Source of the DNA: Camelus ferus
Taxonomy: Eukaryota
Assembly: GCF_009834535.1 (NCBI RefSeq)
Contig: NC_045697.1
Coordinates: 28,832,001 to 28,896,000, forward strand
DNA: 64,000 bases
Direction of reading: 5' to 3'
The position numbers and the translations under genes are program-made. The notes beneath the pieces are model-generated. The model was not told where the DNA came from and did no database searches. It saw nothing but the letters and a program-made list of their open reading frames with translations. Numbering within the stretch: position 1 is the first letter of the stretch; each line of letters starts with the position of its first letter. Shown here piece by piece: positions 62,687 through 64,000 of the stretch.

Positions 62687-64000
62687 ACCCCTTTCCTTTC
62701 TATTTTGATGGTTCCTTTCTCTTAAAATTTATTGATCTATTTTCAACTCTTTGTTTAGTTTCCTTTCAGTCTTTAATAGCAAATATATTTAAGGGTATGA
62801 ATTTTTCTCTGTAAAATGTTCTTGATATATATGTAATGTTTCGATTTTGATATATAGTGTTTTCATTTTTATTATTTTTTAAATAATATCTAACTTGGCT
62901 TTATTTTCTCATTTGTTCAAGAATTTTTAATTTTCTAAATGGTTTGATGGTTTGGTGATGTGGGGAGTTTATTTTGTTTATACTGTTTATTTTGGTTTTG
63001 TTGCATTGGGGTACAAGAATGCAGCCTGGAAGAGTTCTACTTTTTAGAATTTGAGATTTTCTTTATGATCATGTATAAATATTATATGAAAGTACTTTTC
63101 AAAAATATTCGTTGCTGATTATGCAGAGTTCTAAATATGTCACTTGATTCAAGTTTTTCATGATATTATTTCAATCCAAAATTTCCCTTTTTATTTTTGC
63201 TACCTAAACTACTGTTTTCTTAGAGTTATATGTTAAAATACCCCTAGGCACTGGGGGTTAGAAGTGTGGTGCTGGCATGTGGCCACTCTTTTCTGTGGGG
63301 GAACCAGGACAAGAAGGCCTGATGTGGAAAAAACCCAGAGTTGTGGTTCCCCGGGCTAGTTAAAGAGACTGAGTGAGTCCTTCCCTCAGATACCCAGAGT
63401 GATAGGTCAGTCAGGCCCCTCAGGGTAGGTATTATGGTATTAAATGAATACCTCCATTTGTCTGCCAATAGCTAGGTAATCTTCTCAGTTGGCAGTAGTT
63501 CCAGCTTCATCCTGGTAAGAAGGGTAGGTTTGTTCAGTTACTGCAGTATAAGCCTGTGATGTAATCTTCCTGGGCCATGTACTTCTAACAACATCTGTGG
63601 TGGAGACTGGCTTCCAGCCCTGTGAGTGGGCAAGCCAGGTTATTTTAAAGACTAGTTAGGATGTGGATAATTTCTGGTAGCTTCTATCCCCTAGAAACCC
63701 CCATTTGTTGAGCATATGTGGGGCAGCAAGATGAGAATGCTAAAGTGGAACTGGTGGTCCTAGATGGTTCCCCTTCAAGGATTGTCTTCAATAAATTGAA
63801 GAATAGCAAAATATCACACTATTTTAGGTAACTATGTATCACATTTTAAAAATATTCCTTTGTGGTCAGCTCTTCATTATCTGGCCATTGGAAGAAATCA
63901 TAGGCATAAATAGTCTGAAATACTGAGCAGTGTAAAATCACTTACAATTTGCTTTGGAATGAATTTCTTTGGATATGGGGACATAAGTGTAAATTTTTGT

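Overview
Mammalian genomic DNA, probably camelid because it carries tRNA-Ala-derived vic-1-like SINEs. The main gene is N4BP2 on the + strand. It has a CpG-island promoter (~9.35-11.0 kb), two non-coding 5' exons, and 11 coding exons that splice in frame (34136-60998, ~1546 codons); the C-terminal Smr region lies beyond the window. The introns contain L1, L2, MIR, hAT and MaLR relics. About 3 kb upstream of the promoter lies a complete but internally deleted class I (ERV1/gamma-like) provirus on the - strand (971-6241), with paired LTRs and a GTTG target-site duplication. The most striking observation is inside this provirus. An ~885-nt intronless copy of host SLC18B1 coding sequence sits between the end of capsid and the protease, and it is circularly permuted: the downstream part (LPKV...HIK) is joined at an AG|GT exon-end-like junction to the upstream part (GD...WLSREQ...ILPNYESD). 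This is what a reverse-transcribed back-spliced circular RNA captured by, or inserted into, an endogenous retrovirus would look like. Repeat family names and SLC18B1/N4BP2 exon numbers come from recalled sequences, not database searches.
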